This document shows positions 8,517 through 18,400 of a stretch of 64,000 nt of DNA, piece after piece. The position numbers and the translations under genes are program-made. The DNA is taken from the NCBI GenBank assembly GCA_035485115.1, contig DATHOG010000166.1, forward strand, positions 1,621 through 65,620, written 5' to 3'. Source of the stretch: Candidatus Sulfotelmatobacter sp. (lineage in GTDB: Bacteria; Verrucomicrobiota; Verrucomicrobiia; Limisphaerales; UBA11358). The notes under the pieces are model-generated. The model was not told the DNA's origin. It was given only the letters and a program-made list of their open reading frames with translations, and did not search any database. Positions within the stretch are counted from its first letter, which is position 1. The number at the start of each line of letters is the position of its first letter.

Positions 8517-9674
8517 ATGCGGCGACGAGAATTTATTAAGAATACCTTGGGTGGAACTTTGACCTTGGCGGCGGCGCAGATGGCCGGAGTGGCTTTCGCG
8601 GAAGATCCCACGAACGCGCCGGTGCCGGTCAAACCGGTTCCGGCACAAAATAATTTGGACGTGGCGAAGCTTCGCGGTGTCAACCTCGGCTCCTGGCTGG
8701 TGTTGGAGCGTTGGATGGTGCCGACTCTTTATGGCAGTTCTGCCGCCCAGGATGAATATAGCCTTTGCCTCGATTTTGGTGCCAAGGCCAAATCCCACCT
8801 GGACCGGCATCGTGACAAGTTTATCACCGCCTCCGATTTCCGCTGGATCAGGGACTACGGCCTGAACGCCGTCCGCCTGCCCGTCGGCTATTGGGCGTTG
8901 GAAGCCTCCGGGCCGTATGTCGAAAGCTCGCGTTACATCCAATTTGCCCTGGATGAATGCCAGCGCAACGGCCTGAAGCTGCTGCTGGATCTGCACGGCG
9001 CGCCCGGCAGCCAGAACGGCTGGGACCACAGCGGTCGTAGCGGGCCCATCAACTGGCACAAGGACCCGCAAAATATCGCGGAGACCATCCGCGTGCTCGA
9101 GTCCTTCGCCCAGAAATTTGGAAAACATCCGGCACTTTTCGGCATCGAATTGTTGAACGAGCCGCGCAACTCGATCCCGCTGGAGATCCTCCAGCAATTT
9201 TATCAGGACGCCTATGTCGCCCTGCGCAAGCAGCTCGATCCGCAGGTGGCCATCGTCATCCACGATTCGTTCCGCCCGCTCGACTGGAAGAATTTCATGC
9301 AGGAACCGGCGTTCACCAACGTTATTTTGGACACGCATCTTTACCAATGTTTCGATGATAAATCCAAGTCGCGTGATGCGTTCGAGCAGATCGCTTTCTC
9401 CGCCAACCGGAACGCCGAGTTGAACCGGATGCAGCGCGAGGAGCTGCCGACGCTGGTCGGGGAATGGTCTTTGTCGCTGCCGCCGCACTCCGTTAAAAAT
9501 CTTTCGCGGTTGCAGCTCGAATCCGCCTCGCGTGCCTACGGAAGCACGCAGATCTTGAATTACGAGGCGACCCGCGGATGGTTTTTCTGGAGCTACAAGC
9601 TGGAGGCCAATTCGGAATGGAATTTCCGCTATTGCGCCGAGCGCAACTGGCTGCAGGGAAATTTCGCCGCCTGA
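8517..9674 (+). CDS. GH5 glucan 1,3-beta-glucosidase-like (exo-beta-1,3-glucanase subfamily)
   Basis: Start moved to the ATG at 8517, giving a Tat leader MRRREFIKNTLGGTLTLAAAQMAGVAFA. Motifs seen: GVNLGSWLVLERW, RLPVGYWA, DLHGAPGSQNGWDHSG, IELLNEP (acid/base) and GEWS (nucleophile). Confidence 0.85.
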   Translation: MRRREFIKNTLGGTLTLAAAQMAGVAFAEDPTNAPVPVKPVPAQNNLDVAKLRGVNLGSWLVLERWMVPTLYGSSAAQDEYSLCLDFGAKAKSHLDRHRDKFITASDFRWIRDYGLNAVRLPVGYWALEASGPYVESSRYIQFALDECQRNGLKLLLDLHGAPGSQNGWDHSGRSGPINWHKDPQNIAETIRVLESFAQKFGKHPALFGIELLNEPRNSIPLEILQQFYQDAYVALRKQLDPQVAIVIHDSFRPLDWKNFMQEPAFTNVILDTHLYQCFDDKSKSRDAFEQIAFSANRNAELNRMQREELPTLVGEWSLSLPPHSVKNLSRLQLESASRAYGSTQILNYEATRGWFFWSYKLEANSEWNFRYCAERNWLQGNFAA

Positions 9675-9722
9675 AACTTCAAGTAACGTTACTCAAGGCA
9701 GTGTCTTAATTTCAAGAAAGCC

Positions 9723-9760
9723 GGTGGGGCGAGCGTCCCCGCGAGGACGCTCGCCCCACC
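9723..9760. terminator. GC-rich perfect 16-bp stem hairpin between convergent genes (possible bidirectional terminator)
   Basis: GGTGGGGCGAGCGTCC (9723-9738), loop CCGCGA, GGACGCTCGCCCCACC (9745-9760). Lies between the GH5 stop (9674) and the TPR gene stop (9775). There is no clear U-tract, so terminator function is uncertain. Confidence 0.45.
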
Positions 9761-9774
9761 AATTTAAGCCCCCC

Positions 9775-12264
9775 TCAAGGTTGCGGTGCGGAATCGTGAT
9801 AGGGAACACCCGCCTGATAAAGTTTCAGTTGCGATTGGATGACTTCGACCAGCGCGGCGTTCGACTGATCCCCGGCCAGTTGGATGGCATGTTGGGCGGC
9901 TGCGACCGCCTCGGGAAAGCGCCCGGCCTCGGCGTCGGCAGCGGCCAGGGTGCCGAGGATGTAAGGATTTCCGCTGTGCGTCAGTTGATCCGCCCGTTGG
10001 GCCAGTTCCACGGCCTTGCTTCCATCGCGCAACGAATCCTGCCGGCACGTCGCCAGAACCAATGCGAGGTTGTTCAACGTTTGCGCGTCCTCAGGATTCG
10101 ACTGCAACGCCTGCCCATATTGGACGATCGCTTCGCGCGGATCGGCTTTTTGGAGCAGGGCATTGCCGAGATTATAGTGTGCCCGGGCATAGTTTGGATC
10201 CAGCTGGACCGCCGTCTGGAATTGCTTGATTGCCTCGTCCACGTTTCCCGTTTGCAACAAGGCGCTGCCCAGGTTGTTGTGAATTTGCGCGTCGCCGGGA
10301 TTTAATTGAAGCGCCTTTTGGAAATGAAGCATCGCCCCGGCAACTTCATTTTTTTGAAGCAACGCGCTGCCCAGATTATTTTCGGCGTCCGGATAATTGG
10401 ACTGGATGTTCAGCGCCTTTTGGTAATCGGTAATCGCTTCGTCCACATTTCCTTTTTGCCACAGGGCGTTGCCGATATCGTAAAACGCCGGCGCATTGTC
10501 GGGATCAAGCTGGAGCGATTTTTGAAATTCGGCGATGGCCTCGTCCACGTTGCCCTTTTGAAGCAAGGCGTTGCCCAAATTATTATGGGCATCGGCTGCA
10601 TTGGGTTTTAGTTGAAGCGCCTTTTGGAAATGAAGCATGGCTTCATCCTTGGCCCCGTATCTGAACAAGGCATCACCCAGATTATCTTCAATTTCTCCCT
10701 CATCCGGATCAAGTTGGAGCGCCTTTTGGAAATGGAGTATGGCCTCATCTGTTTTTCCGCGTTTGAGCAGTGCGCTGCCTAGATTGTAATGGGCCTGGGC
10801 GTAGTTCGGGCGGATGAGCAGGGCCGTTTGGAATTGCTTGCTCGCTTCATCCAGATTGTCCGTTTGCAGGTAAGCAATCCCGAGATTGTTGTAGGCTGTT
10901 TCATATTGTGGATCCAGTTGAATGGTCTTTTTAAATTCGGAAATCGCATTGTCCGTGTCTCCACGGGAAAGCAGGATCAGGCCAAGTTCATTGTGCGCGA
11001 CAAAACAATCCGGGTTTTTTGCCAGCGTTGCTGTGCACAACGTTTCCCAATTCCGATAAACCCCGGCTTGATTCCATGTCAGTATTCCGACCAGGGCGAA
11101 AAATCCAAAACATGACAACCATTTTAAAATTTCATTCTTCGTCAGGGAATCCACAAGTTTTACCAGGGCTGCGGACACCAGCGCAATCGGGCCAACAATT
11201 GCAAAATACTGCCAATGATCGGCCACCAGCGAGTAACGGAAAAAATAAATATTAACGAATCCCAGCACCGGCAGGAGCATCAACACCGCATAGCCCAGCC
11301 CGAACAAAAACCTCCTCCCCCAACCGCGCCGGTAAATCCAGAAAATGGAAAATGAAACGATCAACAGGATGCCCGGCAGGTACGATAGGGCGTCAGCCGC
11401 GTCAATGTGCCAGAGTGGATAGACGGGAATGAGGCTGGCCGGCCAGACATCCTTGTAGAAATAAAACCAGACCGCCCGGCCCGCGCCGGCCAGCCGCGAC
11501 CAAAAATTATCCGTGCGCACCACGTCATGCGCGATGGCGACATGTGTTTGAAACCAGATGCTGGTGAGGCCGAGGATGAATGCCGCCGCAAAAAATGGAA
11601 TTGTGCGCCGGATGTCTTTCGGGTCAATCCGGTTGCGACGCCACCAGACGACGCCCAGAAGAATGAGCGGCAGCGGAGCCGCTTCAATTTTGCTCAACAA
11701 CGACAATAAAAATGCCGCAAACGAAAACCAATACCATCGCCGCGAACGGCCGTCATCGAATTTCAAATACGCGAGCAACGCCAGCGCGAAGAAAAAAAAC
11801 GACAACGTATTTTTCAATTCCGCGATCCAGGCCACGGACGCCACATTGACCGGATGCAGGGCGAAGAGAACGGCCGCGATCCTTGCCGCCGTGTCCGGGG
11901 GCGGCATCAGCTGCCGCAAAATCCGCCAGAGCAAGACCGCGTTGAGCACATGCAGCAAAATATTGACGAGGCGGTAGCCGGCCGGATTCATTCCCCACAT
12001 CCGCCATTCCAGCCAGAACGCATCGGACATGACGGGAAAGTAATCCGGCGTGATTTTTGTGGCCCAGAATTCATACCAGCCATGCGGGACCTTGATGAGC
12101 CGGTTCTCCACGCAAAGGCCGCCGTCGTCCCAGATAAAGCCGGGCTTTTCGATGGCGGGCGCGTTGGCCGCGGCCGGACGCCACGCCGGCAGATAAACCA
12201 TCAGCGTGGCGGCGAAGAGAAATAAAATGAACATCCAGCCGCGATGCCCAAGCGGGGTGTGCAT
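9775..12264 (-). CDS. Polytopic membrane protein with C-terminal TPR array (TMTC/PMT-like GT-C architecture)
   Basis: Start trimmed to MHTPLGHRGWMFILFLF (complement of 12262-12264), because the longer ORF overlaps the response-regulator gene. About 400 aa of multiple TM helices are followed by more than 10 canonical TPR units (A..YNLG.AL...G..DEAI..FQKALQL.P). Confidence 0.75.
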   Translation of the reverse strand: MHTPLGHRGWMFILFLFAATLMVYLPAWRPAAANAPAIEKPGFIWDDGGLCVENRLIKVPHGWYEFWATKITPDYFPVMSDAFWLEWRMWGMNPAGYRLVNILLHVLNAVLLWRILRQLMPPPDTAARIAAVLFALHPVNVASVAWIAELKNTLSFFFFALALLAYLKFDDGRSRRWYWFSFAAFLLSLLSKIEAAPLPLILLGVVWWRRNRIDPKDIRRTIPFFAAAFILGLTSIWFQTHVAIAHDVVRTDNFWSRLAGAGRAVWFYFYKDVWPASLIPVYPLWHIDAADALSYLPGILLIVSFSIFWIYRRGWGRRFLFGLGYAVLMLLPVLGFVNIYFFRYSLVADHWQYFAIVGPIALVSAALVKLVDSLTKNEILKWLSCFGFFALVGILTWNQAGVYRNWETLCTATLAKNPDCFVAHNELGLILLSRGDTDNAISEFKKTIQLDPQYETAYNNLGIAYLQTDNLDEASKQFQTALLIRPNYAQAHYNLGSALLKRGKTDEAILHFQKALQLDPDEGEIEDNLGDALFRYGAKDEAMLHFQKALQLKPNAADAHNNLGNALLQKGNVDEAIAEFQKSLQLDPDNAPAFYDIGNALWQKGNVDEAITDYQKALNIQSNYPDAENNLGSALLQKNEVAGAMLHFQKALQLNPGDAQIHNNLGSALLQTGNVDEAIKQFQTAVQLDPNYARAHYNLGNALLQKADPREAIVQYGQALQSNPEDAQTLNNLALVLATCRQDSLRDGSKAVELAQRADQLTHSGNPYILGTLAAADAEAGRFPEAVAAAQHAIQLAGDQSNAALVEVIQSQLKLYQAGVPYHDSAPQP

Positions 12265-12359
12265 CGGCGGCTTTGCTGGAATATTTTTTTTCACTGCGTC
12301 CGGCTTATGCTTAAATCGGCGACCGCCTTGGTTTTCGCGGAAAACTTTGTCCGGTCGGT

Positions 12360-12989
12360 TTATATGTGGATCAGTCCGCGCTGGATGGCGACGGTCACGG
12401 CTTCGGTGCGATCGGCAACGTGCAGTTTCGTGAGGATGTTTTTCAGGTAATCTTTCGTCGTGTGCTCGGAGATGTTCAGCACGCCGGCGATCTGTTTGTT
12501 CGCGAGGCCCTTGGCCAGTTCGTGCAGGACTTCGAGTTCGCGCGGCGTGAGCGCCTCGAATTTCTTGCGTCTGGCGAGCCGGCTGGCGACTTCCTCGGGA
12601 ATCCAATTTTGACCCCCGGCCACGGCACGGATCGCGGGAATGAGATGTTCACCCGTGGAATTTTTCAGGACGTAGCCGTACACGCCCGCTTCCATCGCCC
12701 GGTAAATATCCTCGTCGCCATCAAATGCCGTCAGCATCAGGATGCGGGCTGCGGGGGTGTGGGCCTTGATCTCCTTTGCGACCTGGATGCCGTTTTTGAG
12801 CGGCATCCGCGAATCCAACAGGACGAGATCGGGCCGGTGTTTGGTGAATAGTTCGACGGCCTGCGCGCCATTGACGGCCTCGGCCACGATTTCCATGTCC
12901 GGCTCATTGTTGATGATGGCGATGACACCCATGCGCACGACGTAATGGTCGTCGGCGACCAGGATGCGGATTTTAGGTTCCTTCTTCAT
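12360..12989 (-). CDS. NarL/FixJ-family response regulator (REC + LuxR-type HTH)
   Basis: Start at MKKEPKIRILVADDHYVVRMG (complement of 12987-12989). Shows the receiver Asp context LVLLDSRMP and the C-terminal LTPRELEVLHELAKGLANKQIAGVLNISEHTTKDYLKNILTKL. Overlaps the kinase stop by 17 nt. Confidence 0.9.
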   Translation of the reverse strand: MKKEPKIRILVADDHYVVRMGVIAIINNEPDMEIVAEAVNGAQAVELFTKHRPDLVLLDSRMPLKNGIQVAKEIKAHTPAARILMLTAFDGDEDIYRAMEAGVYGYVLKNSTGEHLIPAIRAVAGGQNWIPEEVASRLARRKKFEALTPRELEVLHELAKGLANKQIAGVLNISEHTTKDYLKNILTKLHVADRTEAVTVAIQRGLIHI

Positions 12990-15225
12990 GAATGAGTGAA
13001 ACCGGGGCAGCCGGAGGTTCGCCGTTGTTTTTGGCGATGAGGGCAACGACCGGAATCTCCGCGCGAATGGTCGTTCCCGCATCCGGCGCGCTGGTGATTT
13101 CCACCTGGCCACCCATGCGCTCGACCCTTTCCCGGATGCCCAGAAGTCCAAAATGCCCGTCCTTCGGTCCGACGCACGTTTCCGGTGTGAACCCCTTGCC
13201 GTCGTCCTTGATTTGCAGAACAACTTTTTGCAGTTCAAAATTCAGATTGAGGTTCACCGCGTGTGCGCCGGCATGTTTGACCACGTTCGTGATGGCCTCC
13301 TGGCAGATGCGCAAAAGATTTTCCTCGATGATCTCGGACAAGGGCAGAATTTCCCCGGAGGTCTCGATTTTGATCTGGATGCCTGCGTCGCTTGCGATCT
13401 GACGGCTGTTGACGTTGATGGCGTTGACCAGGTTGAACTGTTCCGCAGCACGGCTGCGCAGGCCCCAGACCGACTGGCGCACATCCGTCTGGCTCTGGCG
13501 CATCAGGTTGCGCGCGAGTTTCAGGTGATGCGAGGATTGGCCCGGGCTTTTTTGGAAATTGTTGGCGACCAGGTCCAGTTGCAGGGCGATGCCGGTCATG
13601 GTCTGTTCCAGCGTGTCATGAAGTTCCTGGGCGAGGCGGGTGCGTTCCGTCAGCACGGCGCGGAATTGGACTTCCGATTCCTTCCGCGCGGTCATTTCCA
13701 CCTTCAACTGGGCGGTCCGTTCCTTGACGCGCACCTCAAGCTGGTCATGCGCCTCCTGCAATTCGTGCTGGGCGGTTTCTTTTTCACGGACCAGTGATTT
13801 TAAAATGGAATTTCTTTTGGAGACCATCACCGACCAGCTGATGGCGACGACCAGGACCAAAAAAACGGCGGCCAGGCTGATCAATAAATGTCGCGGGGTG
13901 AGCCAGCCGGGCTTCTGGATGATGGTGACGTAATGGGAGGCGGGCAACAGAATGTGGAGGGAATTAATTTTTCCATCTTCGCCGGGGTCCAGCAGGCAGA
14001 TGCCGCTGACCTCGACGAGGCTGCCGATGGGAATGGCGGTCAGGAAACTGTTTTGATCCACGGTTTCCTTTTCCGCGACAAAGATGAAATTACTGTTCTG
14101 CAGCACCAAGGTGGTCTGGATGACCGGCGCGGTGGCGGTACGGCCGATGCCCGTCACCAGGCGGTCGATCAACCGGCCTTGCACCGTGACGAAATCTGCA
14201 TGATGAAACCCTTTTTGCAGGTCGGCCACGGTGACGGAGCGCGGCTGCGGCTTGGCACGTGGATCGGAAGTTGCCCGGACGGAGGCATCTTCCAGAACCG
14301 GCAGATAGTTTTTCACCGATGGGAACCCTACGGCTTCAACCACTTCCCCGGCAGCGAAAATATTCGTCAACCGGCATTTGACCTGGAGGCCGCTGTTATC
14401 ATCCTGCAGAAACAAATCGTCACCTGTTCGCTGGTAGGTGACGACGCCTTTGACATGGATCTCGGTAGCGGGTGAATTGTCGAACCGGTATTGGGCGATG
14501 TTATTGAGCCGCGCCTTCGGGGTGTCAAACGGATCGGCCGGCCCCGGTTTTTCGACGATGAAGCCGGTGAACTGGGGAACATAAAGCGTGACCGCAGTGA
14601 TATGCCGCAGGGGCGCATTATAGGCAGAGGCGGCGGTGCCTTTGACCAAGACTTCGGCACCGACCAATGATTGCAAATTTGTGCCCCAAGGAGACTGCAG
14701 GATGGCCCGCAGCCGGTAACCGCCAGAAGTGAGTTCGACCGCCGGCCCTTCTTCACTCAACCAGGCATTGCGGATCACACCGGTGATTTCAATGCGCTGG
14801 CTGTCTTCGGCTCCCGACATCAACTGGTCGACCGTGACCGGTTTGGCTTCCGGCAGCGGCGCCACACCAACTTTCGTCCAGTGCGGTTTGGTAATGCAGG
14901 GCGCGTATCCGCCGGAGCGGGTGACGCCATTTACCTCAACGACATCGCCGGGTACCGGCTGGGTCAGGCCAAGGTTCTCTACAAAGACGCCGCCGCTGGC
15001 ATCCTGAATAAAAAATCTTCCGTTCCAATTGGTCTGGGCGGCGGTGACCACGCCCTTGATGGAAACCGGTACGCCGGTGGACGCGCGTTTGGCCGGGAGC
15101 TGGAGGATCTGCACCGCGTTGGTCAGCTTGTCGTCGGAAGGCGCAGCGGACAAGCATGCACCGACGGACAGCAGCCAAAGCATCGCCACCGGCTTCGAGC
15201 AAGCCCGTATGCCAGACGAGATCAT
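12973..15225 (-). CDS. Sensor histidine kinase (HisKA_3/NarX-type) with a large periplasmic repeat sensor
   Basis: H-box ELHDTLEQTMTGI; HATPase region NVVKHAGA...DDGKGF...GLLGIRERV. One TM helix (LLISLAAVFLVLVVAISW) follows an extracytoplasmic region of about 450 aa. Start chosen at MISSGIRACSKPVAMLWLL (15225); the ORF could extend to 15339. Confidence 0.85.
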   Translation of the reverse strand: MISSGIRACSKPVAMLWLLSVGACLSAAPSDDKLTNAVQILQLPAKRASTGVPVSIKGVVTAAQTNWNGRFFIQDASGGVFVENLGLTQPVPGDVVEVNGVTRSGGYAPCITKPHWTKVGVAPLPEAKPVTVDQLMSGAEDSQRIEITGVIRNAWLSEEGPAVELTSGGYRLRAILQSPWGTNLQSLVGAEVLVKGTAASAYNAPLRHITAVTLYVPQFTGFIVEKPGPADPFDTPKARLNNIAQYRFDNSPATEIHVKGVVTYQRTGDDLFLQDDNSGLQVKCRLTNIFAAGEVVEAVGFPSVKNYLPVLEDASVRATSDPRAKPQPRSVTVADLQKGFHHADFVTVQGRLIDRLVTGIGRTATAPVIQTTLVLQNSNFIFVAEKETVDQNSFLTAIPIGSLVEVSGICLLDPGEDGKINSLHILLPASHYVTIIQKPGWLTPRHLLISLAAVFLVLVVAISWSVMVSKRNSILKSLVREKETAQHELQEAHDQLEVRVKERTAQLKVEMTARKESEVQFRAVLTERTRLAQELHDTLEQTMTGIALQLDLVANNFQKSPGQSSHHLKLARNLMRQSQTDVRQSVWGLRSRAAEQFNLVNAINVNSRQIASDAGIQIKIETSGEILPLSEIIEENLLRICQEAITNVVKHAGAHAVNLNLNFELQKVVLQIKDDGKGFTPETCVGPKDGHFGLLGIRERVERMGGQVEITSAPDAGTTIRAEIPVVALIAKNNGEPPAAPVSLIHEEGT

Positions 15226-15281
15226 GGTGCGGGTTGTTTTCAGTGGTCGCAAAAAGTCTAGCGGGTTCGTCCGTTGCACCC

Positions 15282-15320
15282 CACCCCCTCTAAAGAGGGG
15301 GTAGTAGCAGGATAAGAAAG
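15282..15320. promoter_or_regulatory. Recurrent inverted-repeat motif CCCCCTC-TAAA-GAGGGGG (site B) between the divergent kinase gene and the giant secreted-protein gene
   Basis: Perfect 7-bp arms at 15284-15290 and 15295-15301, with the same core as site A. Confidence 0.35.
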
Positions 15321-15438
15321 TGTTTAGGTTATTAAACATTCACCGCAATCCACTTTGATACAGAATCTGTCAAAACATCTTTTTTGCAAATCATAATTAC
15401 GATTCCTATCACAGCCCGCCCAAGCATTTCAATCAACC

Positions 15439-18400
15439 ATGAAAACCCCCCCTAAAACCTCTAAAGCCAAATGCATCATGACAAAAATACCCGCGGCCAC
15501 TCTCGCCTTGGTTGTCGGATTTGTATTCGTGCAGATAGCCGGTGCGGCACCCACTAACTTTACGTGGAATGCGAGCAGCCCGGGCAATTGGAGCAGCCCG
15601 GGTAATTGGGCGCCGGCCACATCGGCTGCCGGTCCGACGAGCACTGACATTGCCACCTTTGGCAGCACTTTTGAATCGGCCAGCCCGACCACGGTCAACA
15701 ATACGGTTGATACCAGCAGGATCATCTCTATTTTGAGTTTCTCCAATCTTACTTCAAGCGGCAGTTATGCTTACCCGGTCACTTCCATTCCGAGCGGCAA
15801 CACGCTGACAGTCACAAACTACTTTCAGGTCGGTGGAATCGCTCAAGCCGCCAGTTCCGGTGCCGTATCCTCTTATGCTTACTTTGTCGGTGGCGGCACG
15901 CTTAACGTAACCGCGCCGGGCTTGGTGGTGGCGGATGGCGGAAGCGCTACGGGAGGGCAGCCTTGCTCGTACCTGTATCTTCAGGGTTTGACAAATTTTA
16001 GTTACAATAATCCCACTGGAACTTTTGGTGTCGCTACCAACGGCGGGCCGAACAACAGTAATACTGGCAGTACTTATAACCGTGTGAGCGGCACCGTGAT
16101 TTTGGCTTGTGGCAGCAACAATATCACCGCCGGACTTATCGATCTTGGCGCGCCCACCACGGCCACGGTGGGTTGCGGCATGATCGGGCCGACCAGTCCC
16201 ACTATTTTCGGCACCGAGCCGAACGGGGTGCAGAATTATTCCGGCCCCATCGCGAGCGGTAATCCTAATGAGCTTACACTTGGCCCGGGCACCAATAAAA
16301 TAAACGCTGCGACCATCCTGGTAGCTGGTTTTAAAAATCCGTTTATCGTGACCAACTCGGGCGGCGGTTTGAGGATCCGTGGTGTCAGCGGTGCTGAATC
16401 GGATGCGAATGTCAACATCACGGTCGGCAACCGCAATGCCGGTGGCGGCACCGGCCAGACGACGGGATGGTTGATGTTCAACGGATCCTATGTGGATATC
16501 AAGGCCAATACATTTATTCTTGGAAAGGATACGGATTCGGCGACCGTCGGCAGCTCCGCTGTTGGTGGCAATGGTTTGCTTCAATTCGATACCGGCACAA
16601 TTACTGCCAACAGTTTCCTGATGGCGGACAACGGTGGCGCCAACGCTGGAAGCATCCAAGCTGATTGCAATGGGGAAATCATAGTTGGCGCCCACGGCAC
16701 GCTTAATGTCGGGGCCGGCCAGCTTTTTGCGCTGGCCACCAGCACGAGAACGGGACCGTCCGCCGGCTTTTTGATCGCTTCCAATGGATTGATCAATTGC
16801 CAGGGTCCGATCGTCATGGGTGCTTCCTCAAACAGCATTCCTCCCTCCAGCGCTGGATATGCGAACGGCATCATCCAATTGATTGGACACGGCACGTTGA
16901 ACATGGGGCCGAACAGTTATGTCGGTGTTTTAACCAATCCTGTCACCGGTCTTATGCTGGATACGAACAGCGTATTCTCCCTCAGCATTCCGAACCCCGG
17001 TTACACGAATGTTTGCGTCAGCCAGCTTGCCTGGCCGTCGCCGGATAACGGTCTGACCCTTTCCATCGCCGCCATTCCTGCCGGTATTACCAATGGTGAA
17101 ACTTTCCCGTTCCTATCTTATCAGACGTTGACGCCTAGCGTCGGTTATGTCAGCCCCACCACAACGGGGGTGACCACCAATTTTCTTATCAACGACACCA
17201 CCAACACCACTCTGGCCGGGTTTAACCCCAATGTTGTCCTGCCGATCGGTGTGGGCGGCTTCATGTATGCGTCCAACAACAACGTGATCTATCTGCAATT
17301 GACCTCCGGTGCCGGTGCCGGCATTGGCGGTGTGAATCTATTGACCAATGGATACTTTATTTATGGTGCAAGCAACTGGGTGGCCTCGGGATCCGGTGCG
17401 ACGATTGTGAATACCAGCAGCACATATGGAAACACCAGTGTATGTACTCATGATGGCAGAACAATCGTAACTTTGCCCAATACGGGCACAAACGTGGCCA
17501 GATTGACAGGCACCGGGGTCACGACCGGCAGCACCAACATCTGGAGTCAAACCCTGCCGGTTTATGCCAATTCACAAATTGTGCCCGGTTCGACAGTGCT
17601 TTCTCCGGGCGCGGCGGTTACCATCGGTTCCTCCACCTATCTGGCGCATGAAGATGCGATGTCGGGCGCTGACAGCTTCTATTACGAAGTCGATTTTCTT
17701 GACACGAATAACAACTTGATTGCCGCTTATGAATCAACGATTTTGACAAACCTGAGTTGCAGCAGTCCCGGCGTAGATCAATGGAACCTTTTGGCGATAA
17801 CCAATCAAATGCAGATCACCGGCGGCCTTAACACGGGCGTGGTCGTTGGGAGTGTTTCCAACGCCTCGGTCATAGTTCCTGCGCAATCTGCCAACGCCAT
17901 CTTCAAGGCAGTGCTGGTTCAGCGGAATGCCGCCGACCTTGGCTCGATATATTTCTCCGGGGCCAATATCGGATTCCTGTCGTCTCCAGTGGGGCCATCG
18001 CTTTCAGCCGTCAATCCCAATCTGGTCACCCTTTGCACGAATGGTTTCCTGACCACCGTTGCCTCCTCAAGCAGCACGGCAATCAGCAGTGTCCAGGTGA
18101 CTGCCGTCACAACGACACTCGCGGGTTCGGTGACGAACACGACCAGTTACACAAACAATTCATCGGCGGGCATGACCGTTGCCGGCCTTGGAACTTCGGC
18201 GGCGAACATCAGCCTGACCTTGACCGCCAATACCATTTATCAGTCCGTCGTCGTGTCGATCGCCGATGCGGATGGGTTATCAGTCACTGCGGCGCCGGTG
18301 AACTTTGACACCTTGTCGCCCAATCTGGTGATTGAAGCCGCAGATTTCAATTATTCCGGCGGTTCATTCATCGATACGCCTCCGAATGGTGGTTTGGCGC

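Noticed and set aside
12265-12606. N-terminal extensions of several ORFs: TPR protein to 12606, response regulator to 13238, MglA to 40553, FAD oxidoreductase to 53043, methyltransferase to 54081, SDR to 49953, MurA from 30694, GH5 from 8388
   Set aside because: The extensions overlap the neighbouring gene, are Arg-rich, and precede an internal Met that begins a canonical family N-terminus or signal peptide. Starts were trimmed accordingly.
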